This document shows positions 20,002 to 29,594 of a stretch of DNA of 64,000 bases, piece after piece. The notes under the pieces were generated by a model. That model was given only the letters and a program-made list of their open reading frames with translations, was not told where the DNA came from and searched no databases. Origin of the DNA: Alphaproteobacteria bacterium (GTDB lineage Bacteria > Pseudomonadota > Alphaproteobacteria > RF32 > CAG-239); the NCBI GenBank assembly GCA_015062305.1, contig SUUX01000006.1:8116-72115 (forward strand). The letters run 5' to 3'. Within the stretch, counting starts at the first letter, position 1. The number at the start of each line of letters is the position of its first letter. Both the position numbers and the translations under genes were made by a program.

Positions 20002-20304
20002 CTACCATCTAGGAGCAGATTCCGTATCACGCCACCTGCGTGTTGGATAAGTGTCCACTTTCAAAAAATCATACTTTGCCGTATTATAAGGAATATCTCT
20101 AAACCGAACATAGCCTTCTTGCTCAAACTTTTCAGCACACTCATTTGCTCCGTCCAGCGTATCACCATAACATCTAACAACAGTTCTATCTTGCAAATTC
20201 TGCAAGCCAATTTCTACTTGTCCATCACCAAAATCTTGAGCCCAAACATCTAAAGCAACAACAAGACCAAGCATTAAAAATGTAAAAACATTGAAAAACC
20301 GCAT
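20002..20304 (-). CDS. Small secreted hypothetical protein (100 aa), first gene of the comM operon
   Basis: Signal peptide MRFFNVFTFLMLGLVVALDVWAQD. Stop abuts the comM start. Confidence 0.45.
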   Translation of the reverse strand: MRFFNVFTFLMLGLVVALDVWAQDFGDGQVEIGLQNLQDRTVVRCYGDTLDGANECAEKFEQEGYVRFRDIPYNTAKYDFLKVDTYPTRRWRDTESAPRW

Positions 20305-20445
20305 AACTCAAACCTTCCTCCATAGCCTAAACTCTACCCCTAAAAGATTAAAGCTTCTTTAAAAATATTGCAGAAATGTCTTGCAAAATTAAGTTTTTAT
20401 GTTATTACTCTGTTTGTCCTTGCCATTCCTCAAGGTTTGGCTATA

Positions 20446-20504
20446 CAAGAACCGGTTCTAAAAAATAGAACCATTTGTTGAGAAATCCATAAGGAGATTT
20501 TATA
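20446..20504 (+). promoter_or_regulatory. rpsF 5' leader with a palindrome/hairpin; candidate S6:S18 autoregulatory leader plus RBS
   Basis: GAACCGGTTC palindrome, and GGTTCTaaaaaatAGAACC hairpin, then AAGGAG 9 nt before the rpsF ATG. Confidence 0.3.
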
Positions 20505-20840
20505 ATGACCAAATATGAAAGCGTGTTAATTGCACGTCAAGATTTGGGCGCTTCACAAGTTAGCAACATTGTATCAGAAATGAGCAAAGTTATTGCTGAC
20601 CAAGGTGGTGAAGTTGTCCGTGTAGATAACTGGGGCCTCAAAAACCTCGCTTATCGCATCAAAAAAAACCGTAAAGGCCACTATGTTCTCTTGAACATTT
20701 CTGCTCCTGCAAAAGCTATTGCAGAATATGAGCGCCTGCTCAGAGTTAACGAAGACGTAATTCGCTATATGACTGTCAAGGTAGAAGAGTTCTCTGATGC
20801 TCTCAACTCTGACAGTTCAGAAATTGCTGTTGAAGAATAG
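20505..20840 (+). CDS. rpsF: 30S ribosomal protein S6
   Basis: [14 protein letters not shown]...[12 protein letters not shown]. 111 aa. Confidence 0.95.
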   Translation: MTKYESVLIARQDLGASQVSNIVSEMSKVIADQGGEVVRVDNWGLKNLAYRIKKNRKGHYVLLNISAPAKAIAEYERLLRVNEDVIRYMTVKVEEFSDALNSDSSEIAVEE

Positions 20841-20850
20841 GAGAACGCAC

Positions 20851-21078
20851 ATGGCTAAACAAGTTTTCTTTAGAAGAAAAAAGAGCTGTCCGTTTTCTGG
20901 TGAAGACGGCCTAAAAATCGACTACAAAGATGTAAAGCTCCTTTCTCGTTATATCTCTGAAAAAGGCAAAATCATCCCTAGTCGTATTACTTCAGTTTCT
21001 GCCAAAAAGCAAAGAGAATTGGCTCGTGCAATCAAACGTGCCCGTTACCTTGGCTTATTACCCTATGTAGCTATGTAA
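20851..21078 (+). CDS. rpsR: 30S ribosomal protein S18
   Basis: [17 protein letters not shown]...[27 protein letters not shown]. Start at 20851 (GGAG upstream); the track's extension is spurious. Confidence 0.95.
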   Translation: MAKQVFFRRKKSCPFSGEDGLKIDYKDVKLLSRYISEKGKIIPSRITSVSAKKQRELARAIKRARYLGLLPYVAM

Positions 21079-21089
21079 GGAGAGTAGAA

Positions 21090-21575
21090 ATGGAAGTTAT
21101 TTTGCTCGAACACGTAGAAAAATTAGGTAAAATGGGCGAAAAAGTAAACGTAAAAAACGGTTACGCTCGTAATTACCTGTTGCCACAGAAAAAAGCTTTG
21201 CGCGCTACCGAGGCAAACCTTGCTGTTTATGAAAAACAAAAGGCTGAACTCGAAGCTCACAACAAACAGCTCCGTGCCCAAGCAGACCAGTTGGCTGAAT
21301 CTCTCAAAGGTTTTTCTGCTGTATTGATTCGTCAAGCTGCAGAAACAGGCCAATTGTATGGCTCTGTCACCATTCGTGACATTGCTGTTGCTGTAAAAGA
21401 AGCTGGTTTCGCTGTTGAACGCCGCCAAATTTATTTGGAAAAAGCCATCAAAGATTTAGGCGTATACCAAGTTAAATTGAATCTTCATCCGGAAGTTTCT
21501 CAAACTATTTTGGTAAACGTTGCTCGTACTGATGACGAGGCCAACAAACAAGCTAAAGCTTTTTCTGCTGAATAA
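21090..21575 (+). CDS. rplI: 50S ribosomal protein L9
   Basis: MEVILLEHVEKLGKMGEKVNVKNGYARNYLLP. 161 aa. Confidence 0.95.
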   Translation: MEVILLEHVEKLGKMGEKVNVKNGYARNYLLPQKKALRATEANLAVYEKQKAELEAHNKQLRAQADQLAESLKGFSAVLIRQAAETGQLYGSVTIRDIAVAVKEAGFAVERRQIYLEKAIKDLGVYQVKLNLHPEVSQTILVNVARTDDEANKQAKAFSAE

Positions 21576-21590
21576 GCTTTTAATTAATAA

Positions 21591-21624
21591 AAAAAAGCTC
21601 TGCTGATTTGCAGAGCTTTTTTTT
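21591..21624. terminator. Bidirectional rho-independent terminator (rplI / convergent methyltransferase gene)
   Basis: A-run, then AGCTCTGC tgatt GCAGAGCT, then T8. Confidence 0.8.
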
Positions 21625-22324
21625 ATTTTCCATATTTATTATAAAAGTCTTTTCGTTTTTTTCGCCCCATATTCCATAAATTTCCGATTCCATCTATAGG
21701 TTGAACCGCTTCAACCGTCGAAAAATCAAAATCCCTTCTCAAAAAAACAGAGGTCGTTTTTGTATAATTATTCATAGGGCAAAACCCATAAAAGTCCACT
21801 TGTATCAAATTTTCTTTTTTCAGAACAGCTACAGCTTTTTTATATTCTTCACTCGTATTTATTCTATCGCTATCATCCAATATAATCATTCCACCGGCTG
21901 CCAACTTTTTTACCGCTGTTTCACAGCATTTTTCTCTTCTTTTTCCATCCACAACTATCACATCATAAACATCTTCACTTTCAAAGATTGCATTTTCATA
22001 AATTTCCCCTTCATCCCTCCACAACACTTGCAAATTTGGAGCTTTCATTTCTTTTTGCCATTTTTCAAACCATTTCAAATTATCTTCTACACTAACAACT
22101 TCTTTAGCTCGTGACGCCCAAAATTTAGAAGAATTACCACATCCAAATTCAAAAATTTTTTTATTAGAATAATCAAATTGGCTCAAATACTCTATTGCAG
22201 GATATGTATACCAAGGTATTGGATTTCCGTTTTTATCTTCACAAACTTTTTCATCAATAGTTCGCCCAATCGCAAACTCCTCCATCCACATCTTAATAAA
22301 AATCTCAACTTTTTCACTGTACAT
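21623..22324 (-). CDS. Class I SAM-dependent methyltransferase (substrate unknown)
   Basis: Motif I IFEFGCGNSS. Motif post-I VVSVED. Later VIVVDGKRRE...AGGMIILDD. 233 aa. Confidence 0.6.
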   Translation of the reverse strand: MYSEKVEIFIKMWMEEFAIGRTIDEKVCEDKNGNPIPWYTYPAIEYLSQFDYSNKKIFEFGCGNSSKFWASRAKEVVSVEDNLKWFEKWQKEMKAPNLQVLWRDEGEIYENAIFESEDVYDVIVVDGKRREKCCETAVKKLAAGGMIILDDSDRINTSEEYKKAVAVLKKENLIQVDFYGFCPMNNYTKTTSVFLRRDFDFSTVEAVQPIDGIGNLWNMGRKKRKDFYNKYGK

Positions 22325-22406
22325 TTTCTTTTTCTTCCTGCTTGAAAGGTTTTTTTCAATACATATATCTTAACCGTATTTGATATTTTTACAAGGAGAT
22401 AAAACA

Positions 22407-22628
22407 ATGAACAGCTTTTGGAAAAATCTTGCTTTTATTTTAACCCTAATTGGTGGCCTAAACTGGGGTTTGGTAGGCGCCTTCAATTTTGACTTGGTTG
22501 CCTTTTTGTTCGGCCCCATGAGTGTTTTAAGTCGCATTGTTTACATCGTTGTTGGTTTGGCGGCTCTAGCAATGGTTTTTGCTCCATCGTGCTCTCTCAA
22601 AGAAGCAACCAACACCAAAACCAAATAA
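22407..22628 (+). CDS. DUF378 family small membrane protein
   Basis: GGLNWGLVGAFNFDLVAFLFG is the DUF378 signature. AAGGAG 9 nt upstream of the ATG at 22407. Confidence 0.7.
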   Translation: MNSFWKNLAFILTLIGGLNWGLVGAFNFDLVAFLFGPMSVLSRIVYIVVGLAALAMVFAPSCSLKEATNTKTK

Positions 22629-22642
22629 ATTATCCTCATCAA

Positions 22643-22689
22643 TAAAAAAGGACCACGCTTGTTTTATCCTTAAAGCGTGATCCTTTTTA
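22643..22689. terminator. Bidirectional terminator between the DUF378 gene and holA
   Basis: AAGGACCACGCTT ...loop... AAGCGTGATCCTT (13 bp, 1 mismatch), flanked by an A-run and a T-run. Confidence 0.55.
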
Positions 22690-23715
22690 TTTGGCCAGTT
22701 TGGCAGCGGCAGATGCTATTTGCAAAACAGCATAACTCAAAACCTCGTAAGATGGCATATTTGTTGTCTTGCAATCCTTTTCACATTTATAAAGCAATTC
22801 CAAAACAGACAATATTTTATCTTTACGCCACAAAGCCATCTGCCTCTTAAAAGAAGAAACCCGATAAAACAACAATCTTGGAGTCAACTTGTTTATTGCA
22901 ACATCTATGGTTTCTCCCCTCTCAACCCATGCACAACAAGTCAGCAGTTTATTAAAATGATAACTCAAGGACCTTACAATAGAAACAGGTTCCTCTCCCT
23001 CATTATACATTTTCTGCAATGCCGCTTGCGCTTTTGCGGCATATCCCCCTGCCGCAAAATAACAAACATCTTCTGCAGAAGACGAAGATTGGTCAGATAT
23101 TACAAATTTTATATCATCAACTGTAACATTTTTCTTATCTCCGATATATGTTATCAGTTTTTCAATCTCGCCTAAATTAGTTTTTCTATCTGCAGATAGT
23201 CTTGCACACAAAAGTTGCAACGCCTCATTTCCTATAGTAACACCCGCTTCTATAAACTTTGTTCTCGCCGTCGCAAAAATATCTTCGTCTCTATCTTCAT
23301 AACAAGCAACAGATACAAAAACATCACTCGCATCAGCCAGCCCCACCAAAGAAGATTTTTTATTTAAAGACGAAGAAAAAACCACTAATAAACTATCAGA
23401 ATTGTAACTTTCTAGCAAATTTTTCAAATGCTTTGTCAAATTATTATCTGCATCTTTTATTACAATAACCCGTCTATCTCCCATCAAAGATTGGCTATTA
23501 TATTCTGAAACCATCAACCCCGGATCCGAATTAACATCAGAGCCATTCAAATAAACCACGCTAAACGGATCATATAAATCTTTTGCTACACTCAACACCA
23601 ATTTGCGCACATATTCAGCAACCAAACCTTCATTACTGCCATATACCAAAAAACCTTTTATTCCTGCCTCTGGTTTTTTTAAGTATTTATCAATTTGAGC
23701 CGCCTTATATATCAC
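22687..23715 (-). CDS. holA: DNA polymerase III delta subunit
   Basis: 342 aa. MIYKAAQIDKYLKK...FLVYGSNEGL. Conserved leuS-lptE-holA order. Confidence 0.85.
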   Translation of the reverse strand: MIYKAAQIDKYLKKPEAGIKGFLVYGSNEGLVAEYVRKLVLSVAKDLYDPFSVVYLNGSDVNSDPGLMVSEYNSQSLMGDRRVIVIKDADNNLTKHLKNLLESYNSDSLLVVFSSSLNKKSSLVGLADASDVFVSVACYEDRDEDIFATARTKFIEAGVTIGNEALQLLCARLSADRKTNLGEIEKLITYIGDKKNVTVDDIKFVISDQSSSSAEDVCYFAAGGYAAKAQAALQKMYNEGEEPVSIVRSLSYHFNKLLTCCAWVERGETIDVAINKLTPRLLFYRVSSFKRQMALWRKDKILSVLELLYKCEKDCKTTNMPSYEVLSYAVLQIASAAAKLAK

Positions 23716-23718
23716 AGA

Positions 23719-24264
23719 CTACAAGCCTCCTGATCTAACCTTTTGAGAGTGGAAATAAGCCCCTAGGCGTAAAGCTATATCATTCGCTACAATTTTTGCC
23801 GCATCTGCTTCTGTTTTCTTCTGTGCCATAGTTGTAGAATAAGGGTTTGCCATAATATCATAACTCACATAAGCCACACTATCACCGCTCACCAACTCTC
23901 TTTCTCCTTGCCACAAAGAATACGCAACCTTATAAGATACCCTCTCACTGGTTGCTGTAATATCTCGCCTCATTGCCTGTTGCACAACATGCCTAGAAAC
24001 CAATTTAGTCTTCAAACGATAAATCGGATCATGTGGAACACCTTTAGGGGTCAACAAATCCAACAAAGAATTCCTAACCATCTGACCAAATCTATCAGCA
24101 ATCGGCTCTACTTTAATTTTTGCCATTTCCGAAACAGTGGATGTATCTGTCTGCCCTCCAAAGTACCAAGAACTTGATGTATCTCTTTGCACATACAACG
24201 GTTCAAAGCCACACGCCGACACCCCAAAAGCCAAACAAAACACCCACAATTTCATTTTATTCAT
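23719..24264 (-). CDS. lptE: LPS-assembly lipoprotein LptE (RlpB)
   Basis: Lipobox GVSACGFEPLY, which is LptE-like (C-GF). 181 aa. Lies between leuS and holA. Confidence 0.7.
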   Translation of the reverse strand: MNKMKLWVFCLAFGVSACGFEPLYVQRDTSSSWYFGGQTDTSTVSEMAKIKVEPIADRFGQMVRNSLLDLLTPKGVPHDPIYRLKTKLVSRHVVQQAMRRDITATSERVSYKVAYSLWQGERELVSGDSVAYVSYDIMANPYSTTMAQKKTEADAAKIVANDIALRLGAYFHSQKVRSGGL

Positions 24265-24276
24265 CTTTTTTTCCTT

Positions 24277-26733
24277 CTAAACTACAAGATTAACTATCTT
24301 GTTAGGAACAACAATAATTTTCTTTATTTCTTTGCCTTCTGTTTGTTTTTTTACATTCTCCAAAGCCAAAGCTGCCTTTTCAACGTCTTCTTTTGGAGCA
24401 TCTTTAGGCAACTCAATAGTTCCTCTTACTTTGCCACAAATTTGCACAGCATAGGTCACCCTACTATCTTCTGCCAATTTTGCATCTCCGATTGGCCAAC
24501 TTTCTGTCACAACCAAAGAAGAATACCCTAATCTGGCCCACATCTCTTCTGCCAAGTGTGGAGTAAAAGGACACATCAATCTTATAAGTGTCACATACAA
24601 TTCCGGAGCAATCTTGTTTTTGCCAGAAAGATAATTCACATAAGTCATCAAAGAAGAAACCGCCGTATTAAACTTCATCTGATCAATACGCTCTGTAACT
24701 TCCAAAATACACTTATGCATTGCTCTCAAGTCATCTTCACTTGGCTTAACATCTGCATATACTTTCTTAAATAAATTATACACTTTGCCTACAAAGCGAT
24801 AAACACCCATCAAACTTTCTTCCGACCACATTGCAACCTGATCAAATGGGCCTATAAACATTTCATACAAACGGAAAGTATCCGCTCCATATGATTCAAC
24901 AATGTCATCTGGATTAATAACATTACCTCTCGATTTTGACATTTTCTCACCATTTTCTGCCAAAATCATTCCATGAGATGTACGACGATTATACGGCTCA
25001 GACGTTGAAACCAAACCACAATCACATAAAAACTTATGCCAAAAACGAGAATATAACAAGTGCAAAGTGGTATGCTCCATACCCCCATTGTACCAATCAA
25101 CATTCATCCAATAATCCAAAGCCTCTTTAGATGCAAACTCTTTATCGTTATGAGGATCACAATAACGCAGAAAATACCAAGAAGACCCGGCCCAGTTAGG
25201 CATTGTATCTGTTTCTCTCTTAGCATATCCTCCACATTTTGGGCATTTTGCATTCAACCAATCTCCGGCCTTAGAGAGAGGAGATTCGCCTTCGTCATTA
25301 GGATGATAATCAGGAACTTCTGGCAATGTTAACGGTAGCTCAGATTCCGGTATTGCTTGCCAACCGCATTTTTCACAATATACCATAGGAATTGGCTCAC
25401 CCCAATATCTTTGACGAGAAAATACCCAATCGCGCAACTTAAAGTTCACTTTCGCACGACCAAAACCATTTTTTTCAGCATATTCAATAGCCGCTTTCAT
25501 GCCATCTTCTTTATTCATTCCATTCAAAAAACCTGAGTTAATATGAGTTCCATCTTCTTCCCAAGCTTTCTCAGAAATATCGCCACCTTCCAATACTTGA
25601 ATTATTGGCAGACCAAATACCTTTGCAAAATCATAGTCTCTCTGATCATGAGCCGGCACCGCCATAATTGCGCCTGTACCATATCCGGTCAAAACATAGT
25701 CAGATATAAACACGGGAATCTCTGCTCCGGTAAACGGATTCTTTGCCTTAACTCCTTTAAGCTCAACACCTGTTTTAGAATCATCCATTGTCCGCTGCAA
25801 ATCAGATTTTTTAGCTGTTGCCTCAACATAAGCTTTCACTTCATCTGGATTTTTAAATTTGCTCATATATTTCTGCACAAACTCATGCTCTGGGGCCATT
25901 ACCATATATGTAACACCAAACGCAGTGTCTGGTCTGGTTGTAAAGACTGTCAACTTATCTTCACCAAAAACAAAATCCAGTTCTGCGCCCTCTGAACGGC
26001 CAATCCAATTAATTTGCTGAGCTTTAACTCTATCAATAAAATCCAAATTTTCTAAATCATTAATCAACCTGTCTGCATATTTAGTAATAGCAATCATCCA
26101 CTGCTCTTTATCCTTACGCACAACCTCTGCGCCGCAACGTTCACAATGTCCATTAATCACTTCTTCATTAGCCAATCCAACTTTACACGCCGGACACCAG
26201 TTAATTGCTATCTTATCCTTATAGGCAAGTCCTTTCTCAAAGAACTTTATAAACATCCACTGTGTCCACTTATAATACTCTGGAGAAGATGTATCAATAC
26301 ACCTATCCCAATCAAAACTAAACCCCAAAGACTTCAATTGTTTAGTAAAGTTTTCTATATTCGCCTTTGTCGAAATTGCCGGATGCACACCTGTCTTAAT
26401 AGCATAATTTTCTGCAGGCAACCCAAAAGCATCAAAACCCATTGGATACAACACATTAAATCCCTGCATTCTTTTCTTGCGAGAAATAACATCCAGCGCA
26501 GTATAAGAACGCGGATGTCCCACGTGCAATCCGGCTCCCGATGGATAAGGGAATTCCACCAAAGCATAAAATTTCTCTTTATTTTTATCTATTTCCACCT
26601 TATAGGCTTTTTCAGTTTCCCAAATTGCCTGCCATTTTTTTTCTATTTTCTTAAAATTATATCTATCTTCCAAAGCCCATTCTTTTTGCCAATCAGCAAA
26701 AGTTTCTTTTCCATCAAATCTCATATTTGCCAT
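24277..26733 (-). CDS. leuS: Leucine--tRNA ligase
   Basis: HIGH-type HVGHPRSY. KMSKS motif GEKMSKSRGN. 818 aa. Confidence 0.95.
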   Translation of the reverse strand: MANMRFDGKETFADWQKEWALEDRYNFKKIEKKWQAIWETEKAYKVEIDKNKEKFYALVEFPYPSGAGLHVGHPRSYTALDVISRKKRMQGFNVLYPMGFDAFGLPAENYAIKTGVHPAISTKANIENFTKQLKSLGFSFDWDRCIDTSSPEYYKWTQWMFIKFFEKGLAYKDKIAINWCPACKVGLANEEVINGHCERCGAEVVRKDKEQWMIAITKYADRLINDLENLDFIDRVKAQQINWIGRSEGAELDFVFGEDKLTVFTTRPDTAFGVTYMVMAPEHEFVQKYMSKFKNPDEVKAYVEATAKKSDLQRTMDDSKTGVELKGVKAKNPFTGAEIPVFISDYVLTGYGTGAIMAVPAHDQRDYDFAKVFGLPIIQVLEGGDISEKAWEEDGTHINSGFLNGMNKEDGMKAAIEYAEKNGFGRAKVNFKLRDWVFSRQRYWGEPIPMVYCEKCGWQAIPESELPLTLPEVPDYHPNDEGESPLSKAGDWLNAKCPKCGGYAKRETDTMPNWAGSSWYFLRYCDPHNDKEFASKEALDYWMNVDWYNGGMEHTTLHLLYSRFWHKFLCDCGLVSTSEPYNRRTSHGMILAENGEKMSKSRGNVINPDDIVESYGADTFRLYEMFIGPFDQVAMWSEESLMGVYRFVGKVYNLFKKVYADVKPSEDDLRAMHKCILEVTERIDQMKFNTAVSSLMTYVNYLSGKNKIAPELYVTLIRLMCPFTPHLAEEMWARLGYSSLVVTESWPIGDAKLAEDSRVTYAVQICGKVRGTIELPKDAPKEDVEKAALALENVKKQTEGKEIKKIIVVPNKIVNLVV

Positions 26734-26748
26734 TTTTTTACCCTATCC

Positions 26749-27174
26749 TTATTGTAAATTCATACTTTTTCTATATAAAACTCGAGCCCTATTTAAAACA
26801 GCAGTTTCCATAGCTCGACTCAACTCATCTATTTCTTGAGGCTCAGACCAACCACTACCATTCCATGTCCTACGCCTTACTCTAGCCTTTATATTATCAC
26901 TTCGTAACACACTGTCCAAAACTAACACATTCACTTCATACAACTTATCATCTATCTTAGACCACCCGGCCACGATTCTGCCACTTTCTTCATTAGCATT
27001 TACATTTGTCATAAATGCTGTTTTCTCAACCGCTGATTGCCATAAAAAATTATCAGAAACTATCTTTTCCGGTTGTTTTTCCTCAATTTTTTTTGAAGAA
27101 AACCAATCCATCGGATTCCAAGAAGCACACCCTGAAATCAAAAAAAGCATAAAACAAAGCAGATATTTTTTCAT
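26749..27174 (-). CDS. Small lipoprotein (DUF3576-like) upstream of leuS
   Basis: Lipobox LISGCASW. 141 aa. This position is conserved in alphaproteobacteria. Confidence 0.5.
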   Translation of the reverse strand: MKKYLLCFMLFLISGCASWNPMDWFSSKKIEEKQPEKIVSDNFLWQSAVEKTAFMTNVNANEESGRIVAGWSKIDDKLYEVNVLVLDSVLRSDNIKARVRRRTWNGSGWSEPQEIDELSRAMETAVLNRARVLYRKSMNLQ

Positions 27175-27233
27175 AATTAATTCTCTTATTCAAAAATCTT
27201 AAATCCAACTAAAATTAGCCTAGTTTAACATAT

Positions 27234-27263
27234 TTGACAAGAGTCTATTTTCATGCTTGTAAT
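27234..27263 (+). promoter_or_regulatory. Candidate sigma70-type promoter for rsmB
   Basis: TTGACA-N18-TGTAAT, about 55 nt upstream of the ATG at 27319. Confidence 0.3.
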
Positions 27264-27318
27264 TATTAACATCATTAAATAATATAATAATACAACAACC
27301 GTAACCGAAAGTTCAAAG

Positions 27319-28581
27319 ATGTCCGACAACACCCGACTGCAAGCCGCCTTGTTTTTACAAGAAACTTTAGAACAAAAAACTTTTTCTGTAGACACAAAAA
27401 AACGGTTTCTTTCTACCGATTCTACCAACAACGCTTTCTTTAATATGCTCACTCAAACTGCTTTCAGACACCTTGTTTACACCAAAAAAGTTATAAAACA
27501 ATTCACCACAAAAAAGCTACCATCCAACACTAAACTGGCCTTTTACTTGCTGGTCTTGGGAGCAACAGAGGTCATCTATTTAAAAACTCCAGACTATGCC
27601 ATCATAAATAGCTATGTAGAAATTGCCAAAACACAATTAAACAAATATGTTGCAGGATTCGTCAATGCAGTTCTTCGCAAAATCTGCCAAAACAAACAAC
27701 TCTTTACAGAAGCAGACAAAGGAGAATTTTTTCCTCAAGAATTTAGACGCCTAATAAATGCCTCGTACAACAAAAAAACATGCAACAAAATAGAACAAGC
27801 TTCTACACAAGAACCCCTTTTGGATATCACAACAAAAACAACATATCATATACCAAACGCAATCTCTCTTCCTCTAGGCACGCTTCGTCTTAACAACAAT
27901 GGCAACATCACTCAAATCCCCGGCTTTTCCGAAGGCTTGTGGTGGGCTCAAGATTTTTCTGCCTCTCTTCCCGTAAAATTATTAAACAACATACAAGGGC
28001 TCAACGTCTTAGATATATGCGCTGCTCCTGGAGGCAAAACAGCTCAATTAATAAGCCTTGGTGCAAATGTAACAGCCTTAGACATATCTTCCTCAAGGTT
28101 GCAAAAATTACAAGAAAACCTCCAACGCCTAAACCTAAAAGCATCTAACATAATATGTGCCGATGCGCTTGAATGGCTGACACAAGACACGTCACCGTTA
28201 TTTGATATAATCCTTCTGGATGCCCCATGCTCTGCCACCGGAACTCTCCGTAGACATCCAGAAATAGTGCACACAAAAAACATCAATGATGTACAACAAA
28301 TGGCAGAAATTCAAAAAAAACTTTTAAATCTATGTCCCAAACATCTAAAAAAAGGTGGAAGATTAATATACTGCACCTGCTCCTTATCAAAAATAGAAGG
28401 GGAAACTCAAATTGAACAATTCTTACAAAACAACCCTTCTTTTACAATCATTAAGCCTCAACTGCCCCAAGAACTTTCAGAACTACAATCTCCGCAGGGC
28501 TGGATTCGTATTCTCCCTTCTCACTTAGCAAATCTCGGCGGAGCAGACGGATTCTTCATCGCCATTCTAACCAAGGAATAA
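27319..28581 (+). CDS. rsmB: 16S rRNA (cytosine967-C5)-methyltransferase RsmB/Sun
   Basis: SAM motif DICAAPGGKTAQL. Catalytic DAPCSATGTLRRHPE. 420 aa. Confidence 0.85.
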   Translation: MSDNTRLQAALFLQETLEQKTFSVDTKKRFLSTDSTNNAFFNMLTQTAFRHLVYTKKVIKQFTTKKLPSNTKLAFYLLVLGATEVIYLKTPDYAIINSYVEIAKTQLNKYVAGFVNAVLRKICQNKQLFTEADKGEFFPQEFRRLINASYNKKTCNKIEQASTQEPLLDITTKTTYHIPNAISLPLGTLRLNNNGNITQIPGFSEGLWWAQDFSASLPVKLLNNIQGLNVLDICAAPGGKTAQLISLGANVTALDISSSRLQKLQENLQRLNLKASNIICADALEWLTQDTSPLFDIILLDAPCSATGTLRRHPEIVHTKNINDVQQMAEIQKKLLNLCPKHLKKGGRLIYCTCSLSKIEGETQIEQFLQNNPSFTIIKPQLPQELSELQSPQGWIRILPSHLANLGGADGFFIAILTKE

Positions 28582-28584
28582 CAA

Positions 28585-29514
28585 ATGTTTTTCAATAAAT
28601 TTTCATCTTCTCCAACTCAAACATCATCTCCTCAGAAAATTCATTTTTTAGGAATCTCTGCACAATCCCTATATTTGGCCTCCATCTTACAAAACAAAGG
28701 CCACAACATTAGCATCATCTGTACTCCTCCAGAGGCAGACGAACTCCATGCGACAGATATTATCCTAAAAGATAAAAGCCATCTTCAAAATCAGAGATAC
28801 AAATTCAACTATATTTTTGAACAAACGTCCCAGCCCGATATTCTTTTCATTGCTTCTGACATACCTTTTCTCAGAAAAGACCTGCTATTGGCATCTCCTA
28901 GACAACTACACAATACGAAAACTATCAATTTAACACCCACCGCCCCCTCAACTTTCACATCCGAGCTACTTAATATTCCAACCACAAATGCCTATCTTCA
29001 TGGCTGGCTCCAAAAAGATAAAAACATCATCATTCAATCAAGCAACAATTACAAACTTATCATCAGCACACCCAAAAACTCACCCGTTCACACCACCCTT
29101 TCATCACTTTTCGAGAATTCTCTTGTTGAATGCTGCACCAATGAAAACGATACAGAAAATTTATGGAAATGGCTAATTCCACAAGCAATCAGCATTCTAT
29201 TAGAAACAAATGGCGTAAAAAACATATATTCATACAGCAAAACCGAGAATGGACGCAAAACAATAGATTCTCTTTTAAAAGAGCTTTCTGCAATAGCCTC
29301 TTCCAGAGAGGTTAGTCTCAACCATAGTTCTATTTTAACACAACTTCATAGCCAACCTGAAAACAACGGATTTTTAACAAAGAACACTCCCAGAAACATC
29401 TTATCTCTCCACCTTCAGTGCCTAAGCCAACTTCTTTTTCAAGGTATAAGCCCCAACAACCCCAACTATCCGGTATTGCATCAAATGATTAACTCTGCTC
29501 TTAACAAATATTAG
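28585..29514 (+). CDS. Divergent 2-dehydropantoate 2-reductase (PanE/ApbA) family protein with a degenerate NAD(P)-binding motif
   Basis: NLWKWLIPQAISILLETNG resembles the KPR 'KlxxNaxxN' block. SKTENGRKTIDSLL resembles the 'SMxxDxxxGRxTEID' block. The GxGxxG is replaced by FLGISAQS. Confidence 0.4.
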   Translation: MFFNKFSSSPTQTSSPQKIHFLGISAQSLYLASILQNKGHNISIICTPPEADELHATDIILKDKSHLQNQRYKFNYIFEQTSQPDILFIASDIPFLRKDLLLASPRQLHNTKTINLTPTAPSTFTSELLNIPTTNAYLHGWLQKDKNIIIQSSNNYKLIISTPKNSPVHTTLSSLFENSLVECCTNENDTENLWKWLIPQAISILLETNGVKNIYSYSKTENGRKTIDSLLKELSAIASSREVSLNHSSILTQLHSQPENNGFLTKNTPRNILSLHLQCLSQLLFQGISPNNPNYPVLHQMINSALNKY

Positions 29515-29594
29515 CATAATCACACAAATCACTTGAAGAAAAAAGCTTCCAATATTATAATCCATGAAAAAGAATGCACCTCAAGAGGTAGAAT

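Noticed and set aside
20305-20445. Scanned the 200-nt rpsF upstream region and all other intergenic regions over 70 nt for tRNA or small RNA genes, and the whole window for CRISPR-like direct repeats or rRNA
   Set aside because: No tRNA-like GTTC/T-loop architecture, no repeat-spacer arrays, no rRNA-like conserved stretches were seen.
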